The translations under genes and the position numbers were made by a program. A DNA stretch of 64,000 nt from Phoronis australis (taxonomy: Eukaryota > Animalia > Phoronida): assembly GCA_002633005.1 (NCBI GenBank), contig NMRA01000216.1, forward strand, positions 592,441 through 656,440, given 5' to 3'. The notes beneath the pieces are model-generated. The model was not told the DNA's origin. It ran no database searches and saw nothing but the letters and a program-made list of their open reading frames with translations. How positions within the stretch are numbered: the first letter of the stretch is position 1; the number at the start of each line of letters is the position of its first letter. Shown here one piece after another: positions 39,050 to 51,500 of the stretch.

Positions 39050-39530
39050 AAAACGGCTCTGTTTCTACCAGCATCCGTCATGAAATGTTGCACAGAGACC
39101 CGGAAGTATGCGAAAGGTGATGAAGCAGGAAATCATTGATAACTGAGTGAGTGATTGATCATCAGTGGTGCCTGGTGCCGTGGTGGATGGCACTTTTCGC
39201 TAACGTTCGCCAGTCATTTGAAGGAAGACGAGGAGTTGAGTAACAGTCCAGTTTTCCTGAGAAACTGTTTAATGTGACGCAAGAACATAACATTCCAACA
39301 GGAACAACACGTCAGCTGAAGATGTTCGCCTTCGAAGACTGACTGAAACGACGACAGATCCACCTGTTAACCCGGAAGTGATATGCGGGTCACAACGGAC
39401 AATGACGAACTGTAGGCGGAAAATTACGAGTCCACGAATGCCCTCTTGCAGCAACAATGGAAACTACCTGTCGAATGTTGTGCGCATGTACAATTTCCCT
39501 GGTGACCAAACAAAATGGCGGAGAGTGTGA
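39050..39530. promoter_or_regulatory. Bidirectional promoter shared by the ENPP gene and AK9
   Basis: The two start codons are ~900 bp apart, head to head. CCGGAAGT at 39100 and 39372, NRF1-like TGCGCATGTACA at 39481, YY1 AAAATGGCG overlapping the AK9 ATG at 39515. Locally CpG-rich. Confidence 0.6.
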
Positions 39531-42500
39531 GTGTTTTTAATTTTTTATTTATCTTGGATATGAACGAATTTGAACGTTTTAGGAAGGTTTAACACTTATT
39601 TAAAAGCACAAAAATGTCTAATGCATAGATTTGAGTTAATATATTACTTTCTAACTTGGATTTTTGCTGTTGTTGTGTTGATTCGTAAACTCTTAATCCA
39701 CGTTGAATTCCAAGTTTGACAAACACAAAGTGTCAACCACTGGCACTGGCACTGGCACTGAACAAGTGATAGCCTTAACCTGTTTGCCTGTTTTATGTTC
39801 CATTTGCTTAATTCCGTGCATGTTTGGTCCGTGCCAGCGATTGTTCATATTCAATTAGGCCGATGTAAACCAAGCATCCTGATAATAATATCCTTACTTA
39901 CAGCTATCACTATCAGACATGACACATGGTCTTGTCTTGTCTTGTCTTGCCTTGTAAATCGCTTTAGTTATTTAGTGCAGCACCGTGCTTCAGACATATA
40001 ATGTAGATCTGTGATATACAGTCTATATCAAATATATGATCAAATCGAACAGTGCTTGAATTGCACAGAGTCCATGGTTACATACAGCCATACAGGAAAC
40101 GACATGAGCCTGGCCGCAATGGGTGGTGGAAGATTTTTCTGCAAATTATGCTTCAGCCTTAACCTTGGCTTAACCATCAAAGTCACATTGCAATAAGCAA
40201 ATAAGGGACATCTCAACAGGCCATCGTTGTGTTTGAATCCTTCCAATTTGAACAAATGCTACAGGAATCAAGATGTCAATTCACTCGTCAATAAACTAGT
40301 GAACTCTTCATTTTGTGATAGCATTGGGAGTCAACCAATCACTAATGGGCTACACTGGTGATCCTCTATTATCGATAGTGCTGGAAACTTGGCCACCAAG
40401 ATCACTACAACAAGGGGTGTATTCGAAAGAACTCTTATTATCTGAGAATTTGAATTGCAGGAATTTGAAGACAAAAACAGCCTTTGAAGTTGTCTTTCTG
40501 TCCTTGAAAAATATGTATAGCAATGTAACTTTGTTGGTTAAGCCAGTGTATGGCTTAATTTACCAAAACAAATTTCCAGCATGCAGAGAGCCTTTGGCAT
40601 GGCCACCTCTTTCTGAGATGGTTCACTGACTACCTTACCATAAGCTTGAAGCTTTGATGTTTCATTGTTAGTGTTATAAGTATTTTACGTAATTGAGGAA
40701 TGATTGTTGCTCTCGCTTGCGTCTCTGGCTGAGAGGGACACTGGTTAAATGTTGATCAATGGTTGATCAATCTAGATGCATTGTGTTGACACAGTATTCA
40801 AAATTCAGTAGGTTCCAAATAACAAATTCATGGCAGCTGGTTATACTGCATTTGCTGTGCAAATAGTTCACACCGTAGTTGGAAATACAACAGAGTAAAA
40901 ACTGCACAGTAAAACATTTAGTCTCTGACAGGATAGGTTCTCTTGAAATGTTTGATTTTGATGCTGGTATATTCGCACCGTCATGACATTTCTTAATATG
41001 ATCGTAATATGGACGTGTACAGTTCAATATTTCATGCACAATGCGATTGTGATATGTATGACATTTATCTTCTAATTTCAGTGTACTGACTTCCGACCAA
41101 CCCAAATTCTAACACATATTCTATCCCCGTAATTAAAAAGGCCACCACTTAGCTTGGGGCTCAGTTATATTACCGAGATTGAGGGAAGCCAGTCTATAAT
41201 AGACTAAGGTTGTGAGACTCTGATGATAATAGTTTTGAACAGAAAGTAGCATGTGTTAAAATGATGAAAGAACTGCACAAAATTGCAATAGCACACTGAA
41301 ATCAAAATATCTTTAGTGTTAGTATGCAAGACTGCCCATGTCTCCAGTTGGAATGTGAGTTCACATTCATAACCTCCTTCCACTTCTTCAACACCGAGCT
41401 TCATAATATAGAAGATACTGGTGTCACTAACACGCGTACGGAGTAATTTCTCATGTCCAAAAACTTTTGATAATAACAATGTAGTGGCTTTCTCATGCTG
41501 CTCTTTGCCATACTGTAACGTGGATAACACAGTGTCTTGTTGGCTGAAGACACTATGTACTGTGGATAACACAGTGTTTTGTTGGCTGAAGACACTATCG
41601 TACTGTGGATAACACAGTGTCTTGTTGGCTGAAGACACTATTGTACTGTGGATAAAACAGTGTCTTGTTGATTGAAGACACCATTGCACTATGGATACAC
41701 AGTGTCTTGTTGGCTGAAGACACTATTGTACTGTGGATAACACAGTGTCTTGTTGGCTGAAGACACTTATGTACTGTGGATAACACAGTGTCTTGTTGAC
41801 TGAAGCCTCTATTGTACTGTGGACAACACAGCGTCGTGTTGACTGAAGACACTATTCCGTTACTTTACAAATATACTAAGGCAAATTTGATAAGCATCTT
41901 GTGCAGTGCTAACTGTATTCAGACGAAAATAAAACAAAAATGAAATGTAAGGTGCTGGCAACTTATGGAACTTGGACAGAAAAATGCATGTCATAAATTG
42001 ATGGGAAATTATTTTTTTACATTTTGTGTCTTCGTTCTTTCAGAGCAATAAAGATATTGACACGGGTCAAGGTGACCCCTCGGTTAATACATCTAAAACA
42101 ACAGTCAACAAAGATGAACCCATCTCTCAGACCCTGATAGAGGAGGCTGAAGCCAAGCTAAAGAATAAAGACATGGATCCTTATGATGATGATTTGGTAA
42201 GGAGGTGAAAGACTTGTAGAATGTTTAATAACTTTTATAATTAGATAGTAAGTATGCTCTTTTGCTAACAAAACACAGTGCTGAAATGTTAGATACCAAG
42301 TTTTTCACCTGATTTGAATATTTTTTTCAGTTGTCTAGGCGACGATGGATGTTGCTTGAAACGATGTCACTCTTTTTTATTTTTATGTTGAAATAGATTT
42401 TGCCTAGGAATGTTCTATGAAGTATTTGGGTATAATTTGCATGTTGTAAAGTATGCTGTTCATGTACTATTTCAGGCTGAACTCATGTTCTTAAAGTCCA

Positions 42501-45500
42501 AGCCAACCTGCTTCATAATCATTGGTAAACCAGGCTCAGGAAAAACAACTATGGCAAAGAAACTTGCTCAGGAATGGAAATGTCAGATTGTAAATGGTAG
42601 GTTTTGTCAACCTGTTCCACCGATATTCCTTTAATAGTTACTATTTGTAGGACACCAATTATCATAGAACCTAATGCGTGTAACATTGACAAAAAATGAA
42701 ATGATAATATTTCAAGTAATATTTTTGATACTAGCCACTTGCAGTCCTAATTGATGAAAATCTCCTTTATATTTAGTATAGAAACTAATAAGGTTGCTAT
42801 ATATTCCTATCGTCTCTCTTTATAATGTTGTATGTTTTTTGTAATTCAGATGTTATTCATAACTGAAATAAAGTCGTAAATTATCTTAACAATTAATCTC
42901 CATTTATAAAAGAGTAAAAGTATAAAATATAACGACGATCGTCGGTACTAAAATATACTAAAATATTCCTCACGTTTCTAGTGATGCCCTCTTTATCAAA
43001 GGTGTTATTTTATATTCTTATCCATCGGTAACTGCTTGGCATTCCAGCATCTGTATGATTTTTTTAAACATTTTTGTTGACTTAGGTACTGTTTTTAAAA
43101 GAGGCTGCTCGTACGTTTTACTATATTTTGGCAGAAACGTCTGCTTATTCTTGCAAGTTTACAAAATTTACGATATTCATACGCCACTTATTGCAGAAGG
43201 TAATTTTCAGTTACAAGCTTTTGTGTTGAGATTGCTTCCATTTATTCTGTTAGCCACAGTTGTCATAGTTTCCATGCAACCAATAGTGGTTGCTTTTTCA
43301 AAGTCTGCCATAATTAACTATGAAAATGCTTTTTGTTCCAGCCACTGAAGTTATCAACCAGGAGATTGAACTAAACACTGAAATGGGGCAGCGAGTGCTG
43401 GATATTCTACTACGAGGGGAGACAATTCCTGAAGCTATGGCTGCCAAAATGATTGAAGACAAGATCAACTCTCCAGAGGTGGCGCACCATGGCTATGTGC
43501 TGGATGGCTTCCCATCTCTGTCGGAGGAATACATGACTATAAAGGACCAACTGGAGCTAGTCAAAAACTGGAAGCTGAAACCAGACTTTATTATAAACAT
43601 GAAGGTAAACAGGTCTTTTCATCATTTTTGTAATTCTCTGAATTGGGTGCGATCGCTCTGCACTATTTTATTAGGATATTATGTAATGCAAGCAGAAAAT
43701 TTTGTTTTGTTAAATTTCTCATCAAAAATGAACTTTTTTAAACTTAATTTGTATTATACACCTGTCATAATAGTACAGCCCGTAGTTGTTTTTATTGTAT
43801 GTAGCAGTGTAGTGAACCTTTGCAAATTCTTTTGTTTGAAATAACTGAACACTTACTTTGTAATGTCCCTTACAGTGTTTTGGTCACTCCAGGACCATCA
43901 TTTTACTTTATGTTAAATTTGGTCATGCTTTTATGTTGGATTGGAATCAAGTGAGCGAGAAGTGCTGTACATGATTTCTGTGTCGTTTCATAAACTTAAG
44001 TATCTGGTAACAATCATTGTCTCATTGCTTTTATGGAGGAATCACCTGCATCTGTTCACAGACGCCCTACAGGTCATATGACACCTGTAGTCCTATGTTT
44101 TTTCTGTAAAATGTTGTTAACATACATCTGTCATTTTCAGATTCCAGACAAGGACCTTGAGGTGCGTAGGGTCGGACAGAGAGTGGACAGCTTCACTGGA
44201 GAAGTCTATACAAAGGAAGTGTACGCTCCTGAGAAAAAGATACCCGAAAAGGTGAGTCTTGTGGATGTTAGTGGTATTAAAGTGCACATATTACACTAAC
44301 AAAGAAGACATAGACCACAAGAATAACACGGTGAGGAGCAGCACAAGACATCGTGTTGTCTCATGTTCCTATCATTCCCTTTGGATTCTTCTGAGTTAGA
44401 TAGAACTATCTTTAGTAACTTCAGTTAAGGAGAACTTGCACAACAGAGTTTGCCATCTAGTGGGTGGCTGCAACAATGCACGTGAGATGTTACATGGTTG
44501 TGTGTTGTTTTCAGAAAGATGACGAGGGTGAAGGTGAAGAAGAGGAGGAGGAAGAGGAAGAAGAAGAAATGACGGAAGAAGAAATGGTAAGCTATTGATT
44601 CTGCATTACAGTTGTCTTAGTTAATGCCTGAATTTTCTGGTGAAGTAATTAGATTCGCATTGATTTATAATATGTTACAAAAATATCCATCGTGGTCGTG
44701 TAGTTTTCCTGAAAATGCTTGTCAAAAACTGGTCGAATTTGAAGAAACGAAGAACCCTTTCGGATTTTTGTAAGTTATCTCCCATTTGTCAGTTGGCTTT
44801 TGGCTGTCTTTGCCTAAGCTGACTATTGTCTGATTCCCTGTTTTGTGGGATTCGGATGGATTTGGTGACGGGTTCTTGAATTTACCTGTAGACCAGATGT
44901 GGTACTGTTATTTTTCTGACTGTGTTAAATTAATATTTAATGTAATGCTTGTACAGGAAATGGAGGGCTTAGAGTTACCGCCAGAGGTCATTGAGCGACT
45001 GGTCAAGCGACCCGAAGACCTACCAATGAATGTGTTAGACAACATCAGAAAGTTCAAGAGTACCCAGTTGAGGATATTGGAAGACTATATGGCTGACCAT
45101 GATCGACAGTACCTGATTGAGCTGGATGCCAATCAACCAGCTGGCCTTCTGTTCAAGGTAGGAAGTTATAGGGGCAGCTTAGTGGGGCAATTATTGCCAA
45201 AGAATTTAGTTTAAACAAGACCATGGCTTTTGCTTACTTGTAGGTTGTTGAATTAAAGGAGGTACCAAACATATTACTTTAGTTTGATGAGCACTATATG
45301 TAAATTCTGGGTTTACTAATTTTGTTAATGTGCTAGGATTTGGTGTAAGCATAGTCATGGTTTTTGTTTGTTTGCAGGATTGTGAATTAAATGAGGGAAC
45401 AGACATATAAACTTTATTTATTTATTTATTTGACCAGCTCTTGGTAAATATTAGGATTACTAATTGTGTTAATGGGATGTTCTGCTGAGAACGAGTGTTA

Positions 45501-48500
45501 ATGGAATGTTCTGCTGAGAACAAAAATCATGCAATAAATTGCAAAGAAATAAAATTTCAAAAAGCATTATTTGAAGTAGAAAGAAGCAATATATTTCTTT
45601 GTTAACTCGGTACTAGTTGAGATGCTCATCATGAATCTTGTAATTAACAAAATATTTAACCTGTCTTCCACTATTTCTAGCAACTAATGTCCAAGCTCAG
45701 CTGCTTTGTGTTGCGTCCAGCCGCTGTGCCTCTACGGCTGCAGGACCCTGAAGAGGAAGAGCACCCGGAGGACATGGACACGGATGAACTTATGAGGTTA
45801 CTCGCACCCAAATTTATGGTGGCTCCTAGGTGGCGCTGGAGGCGCAGTCGGTGGTTGCGTAACTGTCCTGTGGCACTGGCTGAGGGAGACATCCTGCCTG
45901 GGAAGCCGGAGTTTGCTGTTGCGTGCGTATTACGTAATGTGATTAGTCTGTTGATAACGTGTTGTTATTAATGTTGTTATTGCTTATAAAGGTACACAAG
46001 GTTATGTGTATACTCACTTACTAAGCAAAGGCGTTTAGTGTTTGTTATGGTCTTTCTTCGCACTATAACCGATGAGTGTTTACCTTCACACTAAAAGTTA
46101 ACGCCAAATTTGTGCGTAGTTTTAGAATAATGTAAATGTAGTCTGTTACAGTGGCTTTTTAGTCCTTGATTTACCAATAGTTTGTTATAATTTAGACTTA
46201 TGAATTTAGAATAGCTTAACTTAGTTTTATTTAAATATTTGTTATGCGTTACATGTCTCTTGACTTTCAACCATGTATAGGATGTATTTACATTCGAATG
46301 CTACGACTGTAATTTCAGTTTCCTAGACAAGATGTATTGCATGGCTAGTATGGAGAACATGGGAAAATTCATGAAGAACCCTCGGCCTTATCTGATGCCT
46401 CCTCAACCCAGGCCTCCGTGTAAGATCTCGGTCATAGGCAGCCCGTTGTCCGGCAAATCTACGTTTTGTCAGTTGTTGGCTAAAAAGTATGGAGCCAAGG
46501 TGAGTAAGCCAACAGGTAGTTTTATAGTGTGTTTACTATCTTTTGTAAATACTTATTCAATGTAGCTGAACTGTTTATTTACATCTTTGACGTAAATCCT
46601 GTGGGAACGTGCAAGGCCTCCACCATTTTTTGCCTACAAACTGTTCTTCTTTTTAGATTAGTCAGCCAAAAAATCAACCTTTGGCTCTCATTCTATGGTC
46701 CTCTTCCGGCTATTGTTTTGGTCTTGCTCTGTTTCTCTTCAATTGGGCTCTTCTTGAATACCAGTTTACCTTACGACTGTATTGTGTTTTATATGAATAT
46801 TTAATCTTTTTGTGCTTCTACCAATGGTATTTTGTTTTCTGTGCTCTCAGATTCTTGACATGGACGAGTTGATTAAGCCACGGATGGAGGAAGAAAAAGA
46901 ACAGATTCTACTGCGGGTACGCGAGGATACGATCGAGAATGCTATTGGCACGGTCAAGGCCAAAATACGGGAACAACAGGAGGCAGCTGAGGCTGCTGCA
47001 AAAGAGCAAGGTAAGAGGCGCACCCTGGTGTTGCTTGGTGAGGCACTAAACTTAGCTTTGTGTTTCACAAGAGTTTTTACCAAACGTTGATCGCTTAATT
47101 CATAAACAAGAAGTGCTTTGTGGTTCTTGTCAGTTTTTTTCACTAATCCAATTTAAGTTCACAAATTTTAATAGGGCCAGGTGATTCTTCATCTTTGCAG
47201 AAAGGCTTTTGGCCAAAAAGCACAGTTGGTTCTGTTCTGTTTTTTGTTTGAAAATCGAGTCGGTGCGGTATTTTTAGTTGCTCACGTTTTCAACTACGAA
47301 AATTTACCTGAGATGAGCAAAAATGATGCGGGATTTGTTTTTTACTCGTGACATCCCTTGTCAAATCATGGCATTTCAAACCTTGCTTATGTGCCTTCAT
47401 GCAGCTTAAAAACACTCAATATCTTGGCTGAAATCAATGTATGCCATTGAGCACTAAATTTACATTTATTATTTTAGTCAGTTAGCAAAAGTCTCAAAAT
47501 GAGTTGGGGTATGGATCTGAACCAATGCTTATTTGGCCTAATAGTGGTTACAAATTCAAAAATGACTGTCAAGTTGTATGGGATATCCAACCATCCGAAT
47601 CATTCTCTGATATTTATTTACTAACTTAAAGTGATTTGGATATTTTTTCACAGAGTTTATGTTTTATCTTGACATATTTCTGAACCATTCCACTCTGTAA
47701 ACATAGAGGCGCTGAAATAATGCATTACATGGCTTTGTAGAGGCATATTAACCTCTTAATGAAAACCCACACGATGAGCTGCTGGAATTCTTATTCATTC
47801 TTCTGAACACCCGTGTACAATGGGAGGATCAATGTGCTGCACTCAAAATGGCTGAGTTAATTCCTGCTTTGTTTGTCTGCGTTAGTTCATTGTTTTATGT
47901 TCTACTACTGTATTGTTGTGTGATATTTGGCCATTTTTTTCCTCTATAATGGTAACTATTGTCTTGGTAAATTTTAGAAAAATTAAGACGCTTAGAAGAA
48001 GGTAAGCTTGTATGCGCGGGGCTGTTTTGGGAAGTTTCGTCTGACCACTAAACACTTTCCATCATTTGACCGCTCCACGCTCCAAATGCTATTTTTTCTG
48101 ACTTACTAATTAACTGGGATCTTTAATTACACACAGTGCTAATCACAGACACATGCTGGGACTATATCCTTTATTCACCTCACTCAAGATCTATGAATCT
48201 TTTCTCATTCTTATAGAAAACTCTTGGAAAGTTGTTTCTTCCATTGCTTAATTGGCTTGTCTCCAGATAAATCACATATATGTAAATTGTTATATAGCAA
48301 AATTAAGACTTTTGGAAGATCAGCTAATGTATTGAATTTCTGTTAGGAACTGACTTTAACTTTTTGTAAATGTTGTGCCATTTTCAGGCAATTAACATTA
48401 ATTACTTTGTGTTTCTTATTTTCTGATTTACTAATTAAATGGAATCACTAACTGTACATTTGCTGTCTGTAACAGTAAAATCTCACCAATTTGGGACACA

Positions 48501-51500
48501 ATATGGTTGACACGTGAAATTTTGTTTCCAGCAACTGTGGACACGGAAAACAATGTTAGAAGCGCTTGAAAAATGAAAAAAGACCAATTTTGGCAATTAT
48601 TTTTGTCCAAAATTGGCGAGACTTTACCGTAGATTCCAGATAATTGTACTTATTTAGCATTTTAATGGTTTAGTAAACTGAAAGCTAACACGTCCCTCCT
48701 TTCTGAGTGACTGTTCACAATTATCACTATCTGACCTGGGCATTGGATGGTTTCGATGCAATTATAACCACTGTTCCCCTGAGCAATTTTCATTATTATC
48801 CTGCATCGGAGAACAATTATAATGTTTCGTATGAATTTTACATAATCTTGGCTAGGCGTTAACAGTACGTACATTTGCTTGTCAGCCACAGTTATTCTAT
48901 TGCTTAACATTTCTTTGCAAAGGTTAACGAACGGAAATAGATTTACTGCTACCAGCTACCTCATCATAATCAGTGGTTGAGATAGAATTTTAAAAGTAAT
49001 TTGTAATAAGTGGTTTTGAATTAATAGAAATCGGAGAATTCCTGTGTAGACTACTAGTAGTTTTTTATGGGGTGTAGTTTTTTTATTGTTTTAATTTTTT
49101 AAGGTTTTGTAGGACCCTATTGAAAAGTTTGTGCATTTAGCCAAACTTGTACAAAACTGTTGTAATTAGCTCTGTGAAAGTATCATATTTTGTAAGTAGA
49201 AAACCTGTAGCTGTTGATAATTAAATTTATTCTAGTGTCTGACTAGGGTCACATGACCATGTCGTTTCAGTGAACTTTAACAAAAAAGAAATTTAAGGTA
49301 TATTAATAACAAAATAACAATAATCACATGACCATAAGTCATAATGTTGTTCAAGATGATATCTCAAGAATGTTGTTACTTGAGTTTTCTGAAATATCAC
49401 TTTGTTTTTATTTTAGGCAACTTTTTGATTTTTTTCATTAAATATCGTGTCAGTCCTGATATGCAGTAACCCTTTATTCCAAAGCGGAGTACTCTAAAGT
49501 CATTTCCTAACTCTGTTTTGGAGGAGAATGCATAAAGCATAGAATGTGAACGTTTCATATGACTCCTAGAGGCCATCTCTTAGATATGGCATTCCTATGT
49601 TAGCCAAAGTTGGACATTTTTCGAGAGTCCTACAGAACCTTGAAAGTTAAATTGTTGCTGTGAGGAGAAAGTGACTCAGCTAAGAAATATGTTTTGATGT
49701 GTTTTCTATTGCCATGATTTTATTTTTTCAACTGAAATTTAATTTGTGTTTTATTACAGAAAAATTGGCTGAGGAACAACAGAAAGAACTTGATGATGAT
49801 GGTAATCTTTTGCTTAAATAATTTATGCTTAATGCGTTCAAAGTGTGAATTTTGATTACATGGCTTTTATGTTTTAATAATTCTTTGTATAATATTTGTT
49901 AAAGATTTTATTTAGACTCCTGTTCACATTTTTTGTCTCTTTTGTTGTGAGTGAAAAATTCCACGTGTGCACACACCACCGCAACTCAAAATCGCAATCA
50001 ACAATGTGTTACTGATGTGGTTAAAGACATTTAGAATGCTCACCGTTGCTCCACAAACATTATGTAGGAAAATCTGAGACTACAAAAGAAGATTTAGAAA
50101 GCAAAACGGAAGCGGAAATTGAAGAGACCATGAAAGATGAAGAATTGAAAACTGAAGATGAGATATCGACAAAGGACGCAGAGTCTGAGAGTAAGACTTA
50201 CACTGTCACTCAGTAGTGTGCAATGACAATGTAACCTATTTTAGCAACCCAACACATGTCATCCAATAACTGTCATTTCTAGACGCTTGTACATCTTGAA
50301 TGATGGCACAAAAGTAATTTCTGTGGATCATTTCTCTATAATATCCCTCAGCACATAACCGTCTGGAATTAAATTATGTTNGTTTCATATGACTCCTAGA
50401 GGCCATCTCTTAGATATGGCATTCCTATGTTAGCCAAAGTTGGACATGTTTCGAGAGTCCTACAGAACCTTGAAAGTTAAATTGTTGCTGTGAGGAGAAA
50501 GTGACTCAGCTAAGAAATATGTTTTGATGTGTTTTCTATTGCCATGATTTTATTTTTTCGACAGAAATTTAATTTGTGTTTTATTACAGAAAAATTGGCT
50601 GAGGAACAACAGAAAGAACTTGATGATGATGGTAATCTTTTGCTTAAATAATTTATGCTTAATGCGTTCAAAGTGTGAATTTTGATTACACGGCTTTTAT
50701 GTTTTAATAATTCTTTGTATGATATTTGTTAAAGATTTTATCGTAATCTATTTTGCCCGGGGTACGCCACGAGCTATGTTGCAGAGTAAAACAAGAGGAG
50801 GATTGCGAATATTGTCATTTATTATGACGTAATAGATAAAACTAACTAAGACTCTGCAAGATGGGCATGCAAAAAACGCCCACGCAAACAAAAAATGAAG
50901 AGAACGAACGTAGGTCTTGTAGATGACGAGGTAGGTGGCTGAATGAGAGACCACGTTGAACAGAACAAAGGAAATATGGGCGACCAATCAGGAGTCGCGT
51001 AGAGAAACGTATGAATACAAAAGTAGGCCCTAGAGGCTATAAATAGAGATGAGTAATGCAAAATAAACCCTAAGGACTAGTATCAAAATAAGGAGACAAG
51101 TGTCAAAATAATGACGATAAATGCATTTAACAAGTTAAATTTAATTTATTTAGATTCCTGTTCACATTTTTTGTCTCTTTTGTTGTGAGTGAAAAATTCC
51201 ACGTGTGCACACACCACCGCAACTCAAAATTCCAATCAACCAATGTGTTACTGATGTGGTTAAAGACATTTAGAATGTTCACCGTTGCTCCACAAACATT
51301 ATGTAGGAAAATCTGAGACTACAAAAGAAGATTTAGAAAGCAAAACGGAAGCGGAAATTGAAGAGACCATGAAAGATGAAGAATTGAAAACTGAAGATGA
51401 GATATCGACAAAGGACGCAGAGTCTGAGAGTAAGACTTACACTGTCACGCAGTAGTGTGCAATGACAATGTAACCCATTTTAGCAACCCAACACATGTCA

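Noticed and set aside
41204-41852. Minus-strand ORFs of 161, 64 and 85 aa
   Set aside because: They are translations of the 43-bp minisatellite in shifting frames.
41519-41856. CRISPR-like array of palindromic repeats
   Set aside because: The units are contiguous with no unique spacers, there are no cas genes, and the context is a eukaryotic intron.
45466-45521. 29-bp tandem duplication in an AK9 intron
   Set aside because: An ordinary two-copy slippage event.
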